A stretch of 64,000 nucleotides of DNA from the NCBI RefSeq assembly GCF_964188315.1, contig NC_135669.1, forward strand, positions 3,348,001 to 3,412,000. Direction: 5' to 3'. Position numbers and translations under genes: made by a program. The notes under the pieces were generated by a model that searched no databases, was not told the origin of the DNA, and saw nothing but the letters and a program-made list of their open reading frames with translations. Shown piece by piece: positions 47,835 through 61,650 of the stretch; position 1 is the first letter of the stretch, and every line of letters starts with the position of its first letter. This stretch comes from Podarcis muralis. Taxonomy: Eukaryota.

Positions 47835-49984
47835 GTTTAGACTATGTCTGGTCTTTATTGAGCATTTGTTCTGATTCGTTTGTGGAGAGGTTATACAGCA
47901 AGGAGCATTCATTCTGGACTCGTGGAGTGTTTTACACGCTTTCCTGTTAGTCATTAACAGTTTTCAATGCATTTCCCCACCATTTTCCAAATGATGAAAA
48001 GTCTGCGTATTGATTTGTTTAAGTGGATTTATTGTCCTAGGATGACAAAATCCTGACAAAATCCACTTCAAATGTGCAAACCTAATGTTGTGGCATGTGA
48101 GTGACTCCTCCCTGCAAATTAGTGACAGTTCAGAGGCATCTGTCATCCCACAACACTTGAGGGCCACAGGTTCCCTAATCTCAAAGCCCAGGTTGCACCC
48201 TGTTGTTCCATTCTGGTTGCTGATAGATATGTTTTAAATCTATTTATTTATAAACTGTCTTTCTTCTATAAAAGTCCTCTGAGTCTAAAGAAGTATACCG
48301 GAAAAGAAGTATCCAGTAGGTGCTTGTGAGCATTTGTGCAGTGATACTTCCACAGGGAAATTGCTATATTAATGAAAGCACTCTCTGGGAGAAATTATTA
48401 CATGTTCCCAACCACAAAATATTGGCCTAGGTCCAGTTCTACTTGGAGATAATTGCAAGCAACTACTTGACCAGGAAATAGGCACATTTGGCATCAGGCA
48501 GGCCCATTGCATTGGGGGGAGGCTTGAGGAGCATCATGATGTTCAAGCACATCTGCAAGGACAACCACATCAGTGGCACACAGGCAGTGGACATAAATAG
48601 GATGTACAACAAGGAGGGGACTGCAGCTCTCATCATCCCTGACCACTGGCCATGCTAGTTGGGGCTGATAGACATTGGGAGTCCAACAACATGGTGAGGG
48701 CCACACATTCCCTATTCCTGATGCACAGGGTGGATTTATAAGCCTGGTGGCACATTCTAGACCAACACATTTATTGTGGCATGAACAATTGTGGGTGAGA
48801 GACCACTGCATCATACACTTGGGACTGTTGTCATCAGCTGGGAGGCACATGGGTGCAGAGGGAAGAAATGCAGTGAAATGCAGGAAGCGCAGTCTTAGGA
48901 CAATTCAGTGAGAGCTTCAGTATGCAAGAAAATCGTGGTGACCTTTCTAAACAACATTGGACTCATCCACACTTCCTTTTGTGCTGTGCTCTCCAGGCAC
49001 AGGTCCAGGATTTCTTTTGCTTAAGTAGACCAGACTGGATGACTTTGATGGAAGCTCCCTGAAATATTTCTTAGTGCCCCATTTGCTCTTCCACCTTTCA
49101 GGCACAGTTATATCACGACCCTATAAGGCATGGATTGCCTTGTTTATCCCTCAATAACATTATTTGACTCCATTCCCCCCCACCTTGCTTTTCTGGAGCT
49201 GCCCCTTCTACATCTGCACATCACATTCCCGTCATGGCTTCCTGCAAAGAAATCTGGAAACTGTAGTTTACTCCTCATAGAGCTACAGTTCGCAGCATTC
49301 TTAACAAACTACTGTTTCCAATATTCTTTGGGGAAAGCCATGTGCTTTCACTGTATAGTGTGGAAGTGACCACAGTGAGATTTGGTGGTAGGATTCTGGA
49401 GGCAGCAGGTGGAATGTGTGTGTGGGGGGGGGGGGGAAATGCATTTATGATGCTCCTGTCCTTGAATGACTCCCCACAGGTAGGAAACTGCTGCAACATT
49501 GAGCAGGATAGGCCAGAACTTTTCTCCCTGATGTCCTAAGACAGGGATGGCCAAACCATGGTCCTCATTTTTGACTCAGGCACCCCCCATTTTAGGAATT
49601 GGTCCTGCTCACAGTTGGCTTCAGCCCTGCTTACTGCCAGCATGCACCCCTCAACCGATGGTTGCAGAGGGAATGCAGCCGTCAGCAAGGAAGGTTCCTA
49701 GTTTCATTGTTTTCACTTGCAGGGAGGCTTTCATGTGGGGGAGCTTCCCAAAACAGGATCCCTCCGCCTGCTGTCTGAAGCCATAGAGTCTATTCTCTCT
49801 ACTCAAGATTCTCCCACCACTGCGTTTGGCTGGCTACCTGTGTCAGTCAGGCCTAAGATCCACCTCTCTCTCAAGTCCTTGCTCAAATCCTTATCCCAGC
49901 AACCATGAGTGTAGCCAGGATTTTTTTTTGGGGGGGGGGCAGGACTTTGTTAGGGGAGGCAGAACTGATGTGATTGGTCAGTTG

Positions 49985-50873
49985 CATTTTTCCACCTTTG
50001 CCGCATTAAGCAGTTGGTCCCTTACCTTTCCTGCCCCAAACTGGCCACAGTGATCCATGTGACAGTCACCTCCAGGCTTGACTACTGTAATTCGCTCTAC
50101 ACGGGGCTGCCCTTGAAGCTGTCCCAGAAACTCCAGCAGGTACAGAATGCTGCAGCGAGGCTCCTCACGGGGTCTCTGCCATGGGAGCATATTCACCCAG
50201 TGCTTGTCCAGCTGCACTGGCTCCCGGTCGAGTATAGGGTCATGTTTAAGGTGCTGGTTTTGACCTTTAAAGCCCTTTGTGGCTTAGGGCCCTTGTATTT
50301 ACAAGACCGCCTCTCCTGGTATGCCCCGCAAAAGACCTTAAGGTCTATAAATAATCATAGTTCAGAGGTCCCGGGCCCTAAGGAAGTCAGACTATCCTCC
50401 ACCAGGACCAGAGCCTTTTCAGTGATGGCTCCGACTTGGTAGAATGCTCTGTCCCATGAGACTAGGGCCCTGCAGGATTTAACTTCCTTCTGTCGGGCCT
50501 GTAAGACAGAGCTATTCCGCCTGGCCTTTAATTTGAATTCAGCCTGATCTTTTATTCCCCTTCCCTTCCTTCCCCCTCCCCTTCTTTGAAGATCACCCGC
50601 TCTGGGATCCCACAGCTAATTCTCCCCTGGTCTCCTCGCTGGCCCAAATAGGACCAATTTAGCCAGCTAGCCCTGGTGATCATCTAATGTTTATTGGCTG
50701 GATTTCCCCCCTAAATTGATTTTCGAATTTCGAATTTATTGTTATTCACGCTTTTATGCTGTTTTTTGTTGTATCACAATTAAGTGTTTTAAATTTGTTG
50801 TTAGCGGCCCTGAGGCCAGTTTTCTGAACCGGGAAGGGCGGGGTATAAATAAAAAATTATTATTTATTATTAC
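49985..50873 (+). mobile_element. L2 LINE 3' end with ORF2 remnant
   Basis: AFFHLCRIKQLVPYL..VTSRLDYCNSLYTGLP..LQQVQNAAARLL..LHWLPVEYRVMFKVLVLTFKAL..TRAFSVMAPTW; AT-rich tail. Confidence 0.9.
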
Positions 50874-51139
50874 TTGATGGGGGGCAGCAGCCCCCCTGGC
50901 TATGCATCTCCCATCATCTCTGACCACTGTCAATCCTGGCTAGAAGTGATGGGAATTGGAGACAGCAACATATGGAGGGCCAAAGGTTCTTCGATGGACT
51001 GCAGGCTCTGCTTCCATCTCTACAGTGCAGAGAAAGCTTTGCCCGTGTGGATGAACAAGGCCTACAAGGGCTTTTACCACATTCTGAACCCTCACCTGAC
51101 ATTATCTGTGCTGCGAATTGACCCACAGGGACAAGCATG

Positions 51140-52125
51140 ACGGAGAAGGGATATTTAATAGAGATATTAATACGGCTTTTAAGAAGACAATAGGACCAAG
51201 GAAAACTGCATTAGGAATTCAGAAGAATTGGAATACAAAATGGATGCCAACATACTCAAGGTGAACGCCATTAAAATATATGCAGGAGGGTCAAAGGGAA
51301 CCGGGTTGGTGGAAGAAATTAGAAGATCAGGGATTTTATAAATTAAAAGATATGTTCGATGAAGAAGGGAATTTAATTACAAAAAAAGTGTTTTTAGAAA
51401 AAATAGGAAAACTATTTAATAAAAACGGAAAGAGTAGAGGAAACGAAGAGGACAGAAATGAAAATAGATATGGTGCTGAACAAAAGACAAATAACGGAGA
51501 AAGGGATAGCAGGGGTGTTATATAAACTGATGATAAGCGACAAAGAAAGAATGATAAGGATAATCCAGATTAAATGGGAGCAGGAAGGTATGATCCATCC
51601 AAACACGGCTCAAGAATTGATGAAGAATATAAACAATATTAAAATAGAAAAGTATAAAGAATTAAGTAGATTTTTTTTTATTAAAATGGTATAGAACTCC
51701 GGCACAAATGGCGTATATAGTGAAAGGGTTTAGTCCCAAATGCTGGCATTGTGGTCAGGAAAAAGGACTATATTCACACATGTGGTGGGAATGTAATCTG
51801 GTTAAGGAATATTGGCAAAAGATTATAAAGGTAATTTCTGGACTATTTCAAATAAACATAGAAGTTAATAGGGATTTGTTATTTTCGGGAATACTGGGAA
51901 ATAACAAAGTAAAGAGTAATAAGCAAAAAAAAAAAAAAAAAAAAAAAAGGTAAACCGGATGGTATTTTGAATGGATTTTGTTATGTAAGCCTTTTTTTCA
52001 GAAACCATATATATTAATGTTATGTAGTTAGGATTTGTAGTATGAATGAATTTTGTTCTGTATTCTTTGTTTTATAGAATATATATAATAATGTTATGTT
52101 ACTAAGCAAATTTAATAAAACAAGG
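51140..52125 (+). mobile_element. L1/Tx1-clade LINE 3' fragment
   Basis: SPKCWHCGQEKGLYSHMWWEC CCHC knuckle; purine-rich strand; AATAAA near 52115. Confidence 0.75.
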
Positions 52126-53475
52126 GGGGGGGGGGAAGCGACAAGCATGAGGGTTAGCACTTTCCTTTTTTAATTGCCTGCGCTGAGCTAAGAGATACCT
52201 GCCACGGACACATGGATTTCCACAGACTTGTTTTGTTGTGCAGTCCTACCAGACTTCCACAAAATGGTGGGTTAAAAATAAAATTTAAAAGTGTGGCTGC
52301 CTCCCTCCTGACTCCACCAGCAGCCTTGGCAAGAGGAGGTGGTGTGGTGATAGATGGCACTGTTAAAAAAATTCCTGCCCACACAATATGTCCACAGATG
52401 CATAACATGGAATTGCATGTTGAATTTTTTCTTACATCACTCTCAGTGGTTTGGGATAATGCAAAGTAAATGATGGGAAAGTGCAGGTTGCCCCTTGGAT
52501 GAGAACAGTGTTGCATGGAAAACACGCACACATGGGGTGGATCAAATCCACTTTAAACTGCCATGTGTACACTGCCTAAGATATCTGAGTTGTTTTTATT
52601 TCTTTCCCTTTAACATCTTGCTTTAATACCTTCATCTTGCATCTTAAGTTTATTACTGACTTTTTTGGAATGTTTTTTAAAATTATATTTATAATACCTC
52701 TTCATTTTATTATTTTCATTTTATTTATTTCACCAGAAATCCACAAAAATACATTATGAAAATCTGTATTTATTCCTGTATATACCACACACTACAACTT
52801 GTAACAGTATACACCTATAAAACTCGTAGAATCATAGAATTGTAGAGTTGATCCACGTTAGTACAAACCTTTGGATCGGGTCTTTGGTTTTCTGGAGAAT
52901 TTGTAAACAAAACGAAGCTCCATCATTCTCCTGCTTTGTTCCTTTTGCCAGTGTTTATTTGGGAGTCAATTTTTCTGGGAGGGTGATACGTCATATTCTC
53001 TTGCACCGAGCATTACATTCGCACCTTCCAAAATGTGGCTATAACTATAGGTGCTGCTACCAAGAGAAATCCAGTTAGCAGCATATCCACCAAGTCCTGA
53101 GTGTCATTGAAAACAGATTGGGTAACGCAAGCTCGGGAGACTTTGTTACATGCGGATGTGTTTCCCTCATTGCCACGGCGGAAACCCTTGTAGTAAAGCG
53201 GGTAACGCACCCCAAGCCCCACACGGAGTCTCCGCGGGCCCCTGCCTGCGCTCACGAGTTGGCCCCGTGAAGTCATCACAAGGCGCTGTTCTTTGCAAAG
53301 CTGCCATGCGTTGCAAGCCCGCAGACTGCAGGCACGCGCGCCTTCACTCATTCCCCGTTCTGGAGAAGAGGAACCTTCTATTTTATGTCGGCAAGCCTTC
53401 GGAAGCCGTCTTCCTTGGAGCCAGCAGCAGCCCAAGTCAACTTGACTGTGCCGGCTTGCATTCTGAGCGTGGCAT

Positions 53476-53521
53476 AGTAATAATAATAATAATAATAATA
53501 GTAGTAGTAGTAGTAGTAGTA
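53476..53521. repeat. Compound (TAA)n(TAG)n microsatellite upstream of SLC25A37
   Basis: Read directly from the sequence. Confidence 0.95.
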
Positions 53522-53892
53522 CAGCCCTTCGCTTTCCCCTTTGCAGCGGGGCGGGAACAAGGCAGGACCCGATCCCGCCCAGTGGGCGAGAGCCTCGCTC
53601 TTTCTGTTCCCGGGGATTTGCTGGCCGGCCTGTGAGTCACGGCGCCCGCCTGCAGGATTGCGGCTGCCAGGAGGCTGCGGCGCGGGGCGGCCCTTGCCAA
53701 TGGCTCGCCAGCTTTTGCGCGCAGCCATTGGCCGGCGCGGGGCCGGGGGGGGGGCCCGGGGGGCGGGGGTGTTACTTGAAGAAGTGAACTTTCTCCCCTC
53801 CCTCCCTCCCTCTCTCCCCTCCTCCTCCTCCTTCCCTCCGCGCTCTCCCTCTTCTCCCCGGCAGCTGCCGCCTGGCTGGGGCTGGGGCTGGG

Positions 53893-54114
53893 ATGGCGCT
53901 GAGCTGCGGCGTCGGGGGCAGAAGCGGCAGCCCGGCTGGGGCGGCGGGCGGCTCGGCGTCGGCGGGTCCCGGGCTGCTGATGGAGGTCGAGAGCCCCGGC
54001 GAGGAGGAGTACGAGAGCCTGCCCCCCAGCGCCACCCTGGGCACGCACATGATGGCCGGGGCGGTGGCCGGCATCCTGGAGCACACGGTCATGTACCCCG
54101 TGGACTCCGTCAAG
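53893..54114 (+). CDS. SLC25A37: Mitoferrin-1 (mitochondrial iron carrier), first coding exon, 74 codons; gene continues beyond the window
   Basis: gggATGg start; [36 protein letters not shown] with the carrier signature P-x-D-x-x-K; AAG|GTGAGC donor. YPVDSVK and the ENTPD4 neighbour favour SLC25A37 over SLC25A28. Confidence 0.93.
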
Positions 54115-55449
54115 GTGAGCCGGCGGGAGGGCGCGCGGCGGGGGAGCGAGGAGACCCCTCGTCCCGGGGCAGGGGGCGCGCTGCCCCCTTTCGGGCTGCT
54201 GGGGCTCCGCCGTCCGAGTGGCAGCCGCTGCCATGTGTTTCCTTCGCCCTCGCGTGGCTCCCGAGCGCCGCTCCCCTTCGCCTTTGACTCCGGGAGAGCG
54301 AGACGGGGGGGCAAAAGTCGGGCTGCGCTGCAGCATGGCACTGCCATCTAGGCTCTTACAAGCAACATCTCTGTAAAAGTCGCAACTGACAACCCCCCCC
54401 CCCCCTTAAGCCAAGAGGGGCATGTTTTGCTGGCTGCCCTCTGCCACCCATATCCTCAAATTGCCATTTCTTATCTTTACACTACTTACAAATAGGATCC
54501 ACTCACTCTGCATATTTATGCAGTCTAATAATAATTGTGCTTCAGCACTGCAGCTGGAAATGCTGTTTCTGCTAAAGATGGTGCTTAGACTTGAGACTAA
54601 GGATGCATATACATTCAAAGCACATTCTTCCTCCACCCTGAATCTCAGGAACTGGAGTTTACTACAATTCCTGGCACCCTTAACAAACTACAGTTCCCAG
54701 GATTTAAAAAATATATTTTACTAGGGGAGTGTGTGCTTTAAGATATATGTCGCGTACGCAGCCTAAGAGATGCTGATGTTCTGTGCAGTGAATCATTGGC
54801 AGAGAGCACCCCTCTTAACCAGTCAGTGGACCAGGGGGACTAGGCTAGTCCCCCAAATGTGCCTAGTAAATTAGAGTATTAAAGCCTGGCTCTTCCTTCC
54901 CAAAGCCCAGGAAGCTTCTGTCCAGCTTAGGGAGGGATGTGTGCGACCCCCGCCCCCAATCGTCCTCACTGCACACCACTGCTAGTTTCTCCAGTTCTTA
55001 GCCCAATGCACTGGGCACTGTTAACCCCGTGAATAATCGTTATGTTATCACAGTCAGGATTAAGGAGGGAATGTGCCTAATTCATGTTAGTGAGAATACA
55101 GTAGGAGGAATGGTGGCTGCAGCACTTGGTGTTCTCCTGCTGCTAAATATTAAATTTCTAGGTAATCTTCAATCTGGAGTAAAAGTCTTGTCTCCTTTCC
55201 CCCATTCTCAGTTTAGCAGCCCTTCTCCTGCGTTCTGTTACTTGGAGATGACTGCACCACCTTCCTAGATGAACAGGTGAACTGCTTTCCCTCCTGTCAT
55301 TTCAGTTGGTGGTTGGCTCTTACCAGGCACTTCGGAGGAGTATTCAGAAGTGAGCTCTGGTGACCATTTTGGCATTATTGCCGAAGAGGCATCATGGAGT
55401 TCCCCTGCCCATCTGCCAGCAAGACTGCATTATCCAATTTCTTGACATA

Positions 55450-55656
55450 CAGTGGTACCTCAGGTTAAGGACTTAATTTGTTCTGGAGGTCCGTACTTAA
55501 CCTGAAACTGTTCTTAACCTGAAGCACCACTTTAGCTAATGGGGCCTCCTGCTGTTGCCGCGCCGCCGGAGTGCAATTTCTGTTCTCATCCTGAAGCACT
55601 ATTTCTGGGTTAGCAGAGTCTGTAACCTGAAGCGTATGTAACCTGAGGTACCACTG
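55450..55656. mobile_element. Tc1/mariner-type MITE
   Basis: TIR CAGTGGTACCTCAGGTTA with TA flanks. Confidence 0.85.
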
Positions 55657-55884
55657 TATACGTGTATGTTCATTGTTAAAATCAATTGCCAGTGCAATCC
55701 TAAGCATATTTGTTCAGAATCCAGTCCCATTATATCCAGCAAAACTTAGCTGGAAGTAAGTATGCATAGGATTGCAGCCTATAGAACTCAGACTAATGTT
55801 AACGTTGCCTTAACAAAAAAAAAGAGCCACTCTTTCCACCCCTCATTGATCAGGTTTAGTCTCATTTGCAAACACACATTCATT

Positions 55885-56105
55885 GAATCATAGAACTGTG
55901 GATTTAGAAGGAACCACCAAGGGTCATCTAGACCGTTCCACCGTTGAACAGCTCTTACTGTCAGAAAGTTCTTCCTGAAGTTTAGTCGGAATCTCCTTTC
56001 TTGTAACTTGAAGCCATTGGTTCAAGTCCTCCCCTCCAGAGCAGGAGAAAACAAGCTTGCTTCCTCTTCCATGTAACAGCCCTTTAGATATTTGAAGATG
56101 CTATC
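55885..56105 (-). mobile_element. CR1 3' region with an internal deletion
   Basis: Matches the 32078-32349 copy. Confidence 0.75.
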
Positions 56106-56509
56106 ATTCTACGTTCTCTAGCAATATTTAGTATAATAGGCTAATGCTTTCTGCCACTCACTTGATTGCAAAAGCAGTCTGGCAGCAGGGTTGTCTGGTA
56201 ACAGCATGGGCGTGTGCCTGACGTTACAACTCTCATTAACAAAAATGTGGCAATGTGCTACTTGCTTGCCTTGCGAAGCACACTCTGGTTTGGAGCAGGA
56301 ATTCGTGTGTTGCTCAAGAATGAGGGAAAATGCAGTTGGGTGGCTGGCTTCCCTCCCTCGGTTGTTCTTGTGGCCGGGTGGCGATTCCCTGATCTCAAGT
56401 TTTGCTAAGTTCAATCTTGAATGCCAGGAAATTTTTCAAGGCTTGACTTGGGAGTAGCTGTCTCCTGTCTGCTATACATGGGGCACAGCAAATGTGCCTG
56501 CTCTGTGAA

Positions 56510-56665
56510 CCGAGGAAGGCCGCAGCTCAAAAAGCGAGTGTGAGCTTTGCACGCAGAAGGTCCCAGATTCAATCCCTGGGGAAGAACCCTGGAGAGCCTC
56601 TGCCAGTCAGTGTAGACATTATTGGTCTGGTCTGGTCTGACTTGGTATAAGGCAGCTTCCTATCT
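56510..56665 (+). mobile_element. tRNA-derived SINE (degraded); a related antisense copy lies at ~58120-58265
   Basis: ctttgcacgcagaaggtcccagattcaatccctgg ... tgccagtcagtgtagac ... ggtataaggcagcttcctat. Confidence 0.6.
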
Positions 56666-59600
56666 TCATGCTATTGCTCTGGCATCTGCTGCAGCAGTGG
56701 GAATCCTGTACACATCTTTAAAACATCTTCATATGTTTCCCATGGTACTTCAAGGAACATTGGTTTTCACACCGCCATTTCATCTTCCACAGAGCATGTA
56801 TATCTGCCCCTCGTTTGATTGAACTCTTTAATATTCTCAACTCTTTACTTGAAGGAATGATGCTTCTAATCAGAGTTGGGGAAATATTTCAGATTCCTAG
56901 AACCCAGCGTCAGTATTTAAGGAGATAGTCAAAGAAATATTTTAGGGTCTTGGGGATAGGCCCCCCAGCTGAGAGTGCCTGGGCATCTAGTGATTAGGTA
57001 CCCGGGATCTGATTGGCTCAGCTCCTACCTGAGAGAGGTGGTATTTCTGAGTTGGAGGGTGGCTATGGTAGTTTAGGGCTGGGCACAGAGCCAGGGCAGA
57101 AAGCAGGGCTGGCTCAAGACATTTTGGTACCTGAGGTGAAACACAAAATGGCACCGTGAAACAATGAGTGGAGATCTACATTGGGAACAAGGGGGCAATA
57201 AAGATCTACATCGGGATCTGCTGCCCCTGTAGATCCTGCTGTCTGAGGCAGTTGCCTCACCTTGCCTCATGGGTCGGCCAGCCCTGCAGAGCGTTTGGTG
57301 ATGGAACGGTGCTGAAGGAGCAAGTGGCATAACCTGGGATGTAGCCTTGGCGTTTTGAGGTCAGAGTCCATCTTGTATTGTCCTATTGTAGCTTCCACTG
57401 TTATAAAACAAATTGCCTGCTTTCCTCTTCCAAGTGTCAAGTTAATAATACTCAAGCTTGTGCAACGAGGAGCTAACCTGTTGGACCCCTTTGTAAAGTG
57501 GATTAAACACATTAAATTCTTTTGCGTGTGAGAAAAATGCTGGTAAATAAGCAGTAATGACTGGTTTGGTGGTGGTTCAGTCATCTCTGTGTAATCCTTT
57601 GCTGAAGGTGGCAGGTGCAGGTGAGCCACAGGTGACGATCATGAACTTGTAGGAGCTGTTTGAAGTGGGAGCAGTGGGGTAGGTGAAGTAAAAAAAAGAG
57701 ACACACTTGCACACCCTTTTAATAAAGGGCAGCACTGAACATGGGCAGAACGCCTTTCCCAAACCCCGGAGCCAAGTGTAGCTTTCCCCAACACATTTAG
57801 AATGAAGTAGAGAAGCAGGTAACAAGGTTGTCATGCAGACTGGGCCGGTACTATTATTTGAAAAAAAGAATTGTCTTCATTGTTCATTCCCAGAAATTTG
57901 AAGCTTGCTGTTGATAGATAGTCCCCTCTGGTGTACCACCTCCAAAACATAGGGCAGGATTCTATACCAAATTGTACATAGCTTCTTACTCCCCATCTCC
58001 CTGCATTGAGTGGGCTCAACAAATGCACTTATATTTTTCTTGGTATAATGCAGTGTAATCTTAACATCCAAAACATACAGGAATGCAGGAAGCCGCCTTC
58101 TACTGACTATTGGTCCCTCTAGCTCAGTATTGTTTACCGTAATTGGCACCTGCTCTCCAGGGTCTCAGGCAAGCGCCTTTCCTAGTCTGGCCCGGAGATG
58201 CGGAGAATTGGAACTGGGACCTCCTGCACACAAGGCAGATGCTCTGCCACGGAGCTGTGGATGGTCCTTGGTTGGTTATATTGCTTGCAGCAGGGAATGC
58301 TGGAGGATGGCAGGACTTTTCTAAATATGTCAGATGTAAGTGAGCATAGTTTTTGAAAACTATCATTCAACGGCTCTACTCATTTGGATTTGAGACTGCT
58401 GTTTAAGAAGCGGATGATGGTAAGAACATTTTCATGCCTTTACATTTTTATAGACTCTTGAAGGATTATTATTACTATTAGTATTAAAATTTGCATACCG
58501 CCCTTCATCTAAAGATTCCAGGGTGGTTCACATTATAAAAATACAAAATGAGAATACAAAATACATAATAAAACAAAAATAAACCAATAACCTCCCTCCC
58601 ACAAACACATTAAAAAGCCATAGAATGTTAATCAGCCAAATGCCCAGTTAAGAGTTCTTGGCTTGACATAATCTAGAATTTGTCATAGACCTTTTATCAG
58701 GATCGTTATGCATGCTAGAGAATTTGGGTTGGGGTTCTTCCATATTGTTAGGTGATGAGACCCCCCTCCCCAGTTCAAAGCCCAGTGGAATAGGAGAAAT
58801 GGAGTCCCACTCCAAAGCCCAGTCCGGGGGGGTGGGGGTGAGGGACTATGTCAATTTCAGCATCTCACAGTTTCTTATTATTCCATTCTTAAGTTCAGCT
58901 GTCCACATTTCTATATCAGTTTGTGAATTTTATTTTATGTTCTCATGAAAATCCACCAGAATTTTAGTGCAAATTTCTCCTAATATGCATATATTTGTAT
59001 GCAGTGTTGCCTAATGCACACATTTTTGAAAAGCATGTTTCCCTGATATAATGCATTTTTGTGCTTTTTTTCTGCACACTAGTATATGCATTTTTGTACA
59101 CATTCCTGGCTAGCAAATTGCATTGCAGAATTTGGAGCAGAATTTGGAAGGATGACTGAGTTTCAGTTCATGAATTATTTTGGAAAGTACACGTTATGTA
59201 GGTGTGCCTTTAAATATGAAATGAATTTGACATCCCGCCCCCCCCCCCCCATCCTTATTCCCTGGCAGTATGGTAGGAGAATACAGAATGTGGACACTGC
59301 CAGGCAGATTTGGGGTGAGCTACATAATGACGGTCATTGCTTAGCTAACAAATGGTTAGAGTTCAGCAGGTGGTTTAGGGAGTTGTATATCACATGTAGG
59401 AGGAAGTGGAGACTTCTGAGTTTGGTGACGGGTCCCCTTTCTTCACTCTTTTATGGATAAGGAACTTAAAATAATTTCCTCTACGACTGAAGGAAGATGC
59501 TTCCTTTGAAGAACTACGTCAGCTGGCTTATGAAACCATCTTTGAGCTCTCCTTTTAATTCTTCCAAGGTGGTGATTTGGCAGACTTAAAGGTTTAGAGT

Positions 59601-60321
59601 GTTGTAAAACATGTTAAAGAAACAAGGGAGGTGGAGGGACAGGGAGAGTCTTATTTGCATTAAATTACGTGATAAATCTCAGCTTGGTGAACTTGAAAAT
59701 GTGGATATGTGCTGAACACTTTGCCGTTCAATGTATAGCAGTAATTGGTGAAAGCTGATCTGTGCTAATTGCAAAAACAAATAAATTTCATGTTAATTGT
59801 AAAATAGTGACATATACATACACCTGAACACCCAGGGGCAACCTACAGTTAAAAACATAACAAAAAAGAGAAAAATAAAACGTCAGTTTTTTAAGGCAGT
59901 TATGCTAAGTAGACCAGGTCTTGAAGCCTCGTGGTTTCATGGAATGTTTGGCAGCTGTCAGTTGACCATCACAACAACTATAGTTTTTGGTGGAGTCGAA
60001 CTCTGCTGCCCATGCCAAGAGAGCTTTCTTAAGGGGTTCCCTTATCTTCCTTACCCCTCTCCCTGTTTGGACAGCTCCTCCCCACTCTGGGCTTTGGTCT
60101 CTCTATCTCTCATTGGGATGAGAAACCTTTGTCCCCCCGGAAGTGGTTGGGCTACAACTCCAGCAGCTGTGACTATGGACCATGCTTGTTGAGGCTGATA
60201 CAATTTGTACCCCAGTAGCATTTGTGAGCCACAGGTAACCCATGTCCAATTTATCCCCTGTTCTTTCCATCCCTGGCCCCCTAGAGCCTTATACCTTGAA
60301 GCTGATTTCTGTGTTGACTGG

Positions 60322-60633
60322 GGTCACACCCACACAGTACATTTAAAGCATATTTATACTTCAGTAGTCATGTCTTCCCCAAAAGAATCTTGGGAAATGT
60401 GGTTTGTTAAGGTTACTGGGAATCATAGTTCTCTGAGGAGTCTTCTAAGAACTCACAGCACCCTTAACGGAGCCTATAAACTGAATTTCTTAAGGGTGCC
60501 AAGAGTTGTTAGGAGACCCCTAAGAGAGCTACCATTCCCAGCACCATTAACAAACTTCAGTTCCCAGGATTCTTTGGGGGGAGACTATTAAAGTGGTATA
60601 AGAGTGGTATAAATGCATGGTGTGGCTGTGACC
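60322..60633. mobile_element. MITE with a 3-bp TSD (PIF/Harbinger-like)
   Basis: TIR GGTCACACCCACAC / GTGTGGCTGTGACC, TGG on both sides; related pieces at ~40480-40630, ~54690-54770 and ~63810-63940. Confidence 0.55.
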
Positions 60634-61650
60634 TGGTTCTTCAAGGCTGCAGGGGGCTTGAATTGCATTCCTAGAAAACTTGGGAGGTGCTGTGGCTGAA
60701 CAGGAGCCCTCTGGACAAAAAGTATGTCCTCTGCCATTTGGCGATGGTCCTGAGCTCTTCTCTTCCTGCAGCAAATGGCAAATTTCTCAACTGAGTCTGT
60801 GCATGGGAGACGAAAAGTTTCAAATCCTCTGGCCTAGTTTTTGTTTAGTGTGCATTTACAGACAAAATGTGGAGTAGGAATTTTTGTATGTGCAGTTGAA
60901 AAGTTGATAATATCCACTTTGGAGGAAAAAATTGGGTTGGGGCAGGAAGCTAGATACATTCAGTGTGTGTGTTTATCTAGCGCTTAAATTACAGGTATCA
61001 TCAGGGTCAGCAGGTAAACAAATTTTGTTAAGGTAGAATGTGCTCAGATTCTATACTTAACACTGTCCATATCGTATTAAAACACACTACTCTTGGGGGC
61101 CAGGCATGTCTCTTTTTCACCTTCAGCGGCAGGTGACACTTTGTTATAAATACCTTCATAGGCTCCTTGTTTTGGTGTCTGAACTTAGGCAGAATCATTA
61201 TTGAACTGTTTCTGTATAGTGGTTAAAAGATATTGATTCCTGGGGAGAAACCCCCCCCCCCCATACAGAATGTAAGCAAGCAGTCCAGGATGCTTCATGT
61301 TCATATTGCTTTTGGGAACTTGTGCAGTTGGAAAATCTGCTTTAAAAAAATTATGCCTACGGCTGTGGAGTTCACTTCACAGGGTTGAAGGATCCAGGAA
61401 GCAACACAGCAGAAGCCAAATTCATGGTTCTCAGAAGTCCTATGACTTCTACACGTGATACCCAATGTTACTCAAATTACAGTAGACATATTGAAATCAG
61501 TTGAGTTAAGAAACTTAAGTTTGACTTAGTTGGCTATCAACTTTTAATTTGGGGGTTGCTGGGAGAGATGGTTGTTCTGTGTTCAGGCCTTCCAGTTCCA
61601 CCACAAGTGCTGAAGAACAACATCTGCCTTGTCAGCCACCTATTACGGTA

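Larger units (their letters stand above)
53150..54350. promoter_or_regulatory. CpG island / SLC25A37 promoter
   Basis: GC-rich; AP-1 TGAGTCA at 53633-53639; CCAAT at 53697-53701; ATTGG at 53727-53731; GC boxes. Confidence 0.85.

Noticed and set aside
53150-54351. Long ORFs (299, 248, 191, 161 aa) around SLC25A37 exon 1
   Set aside because: GC-island artefacts. Only 53893-54114 has carrier homology and a proper donor; the ORF tail VSRREG.. is intron read-through.
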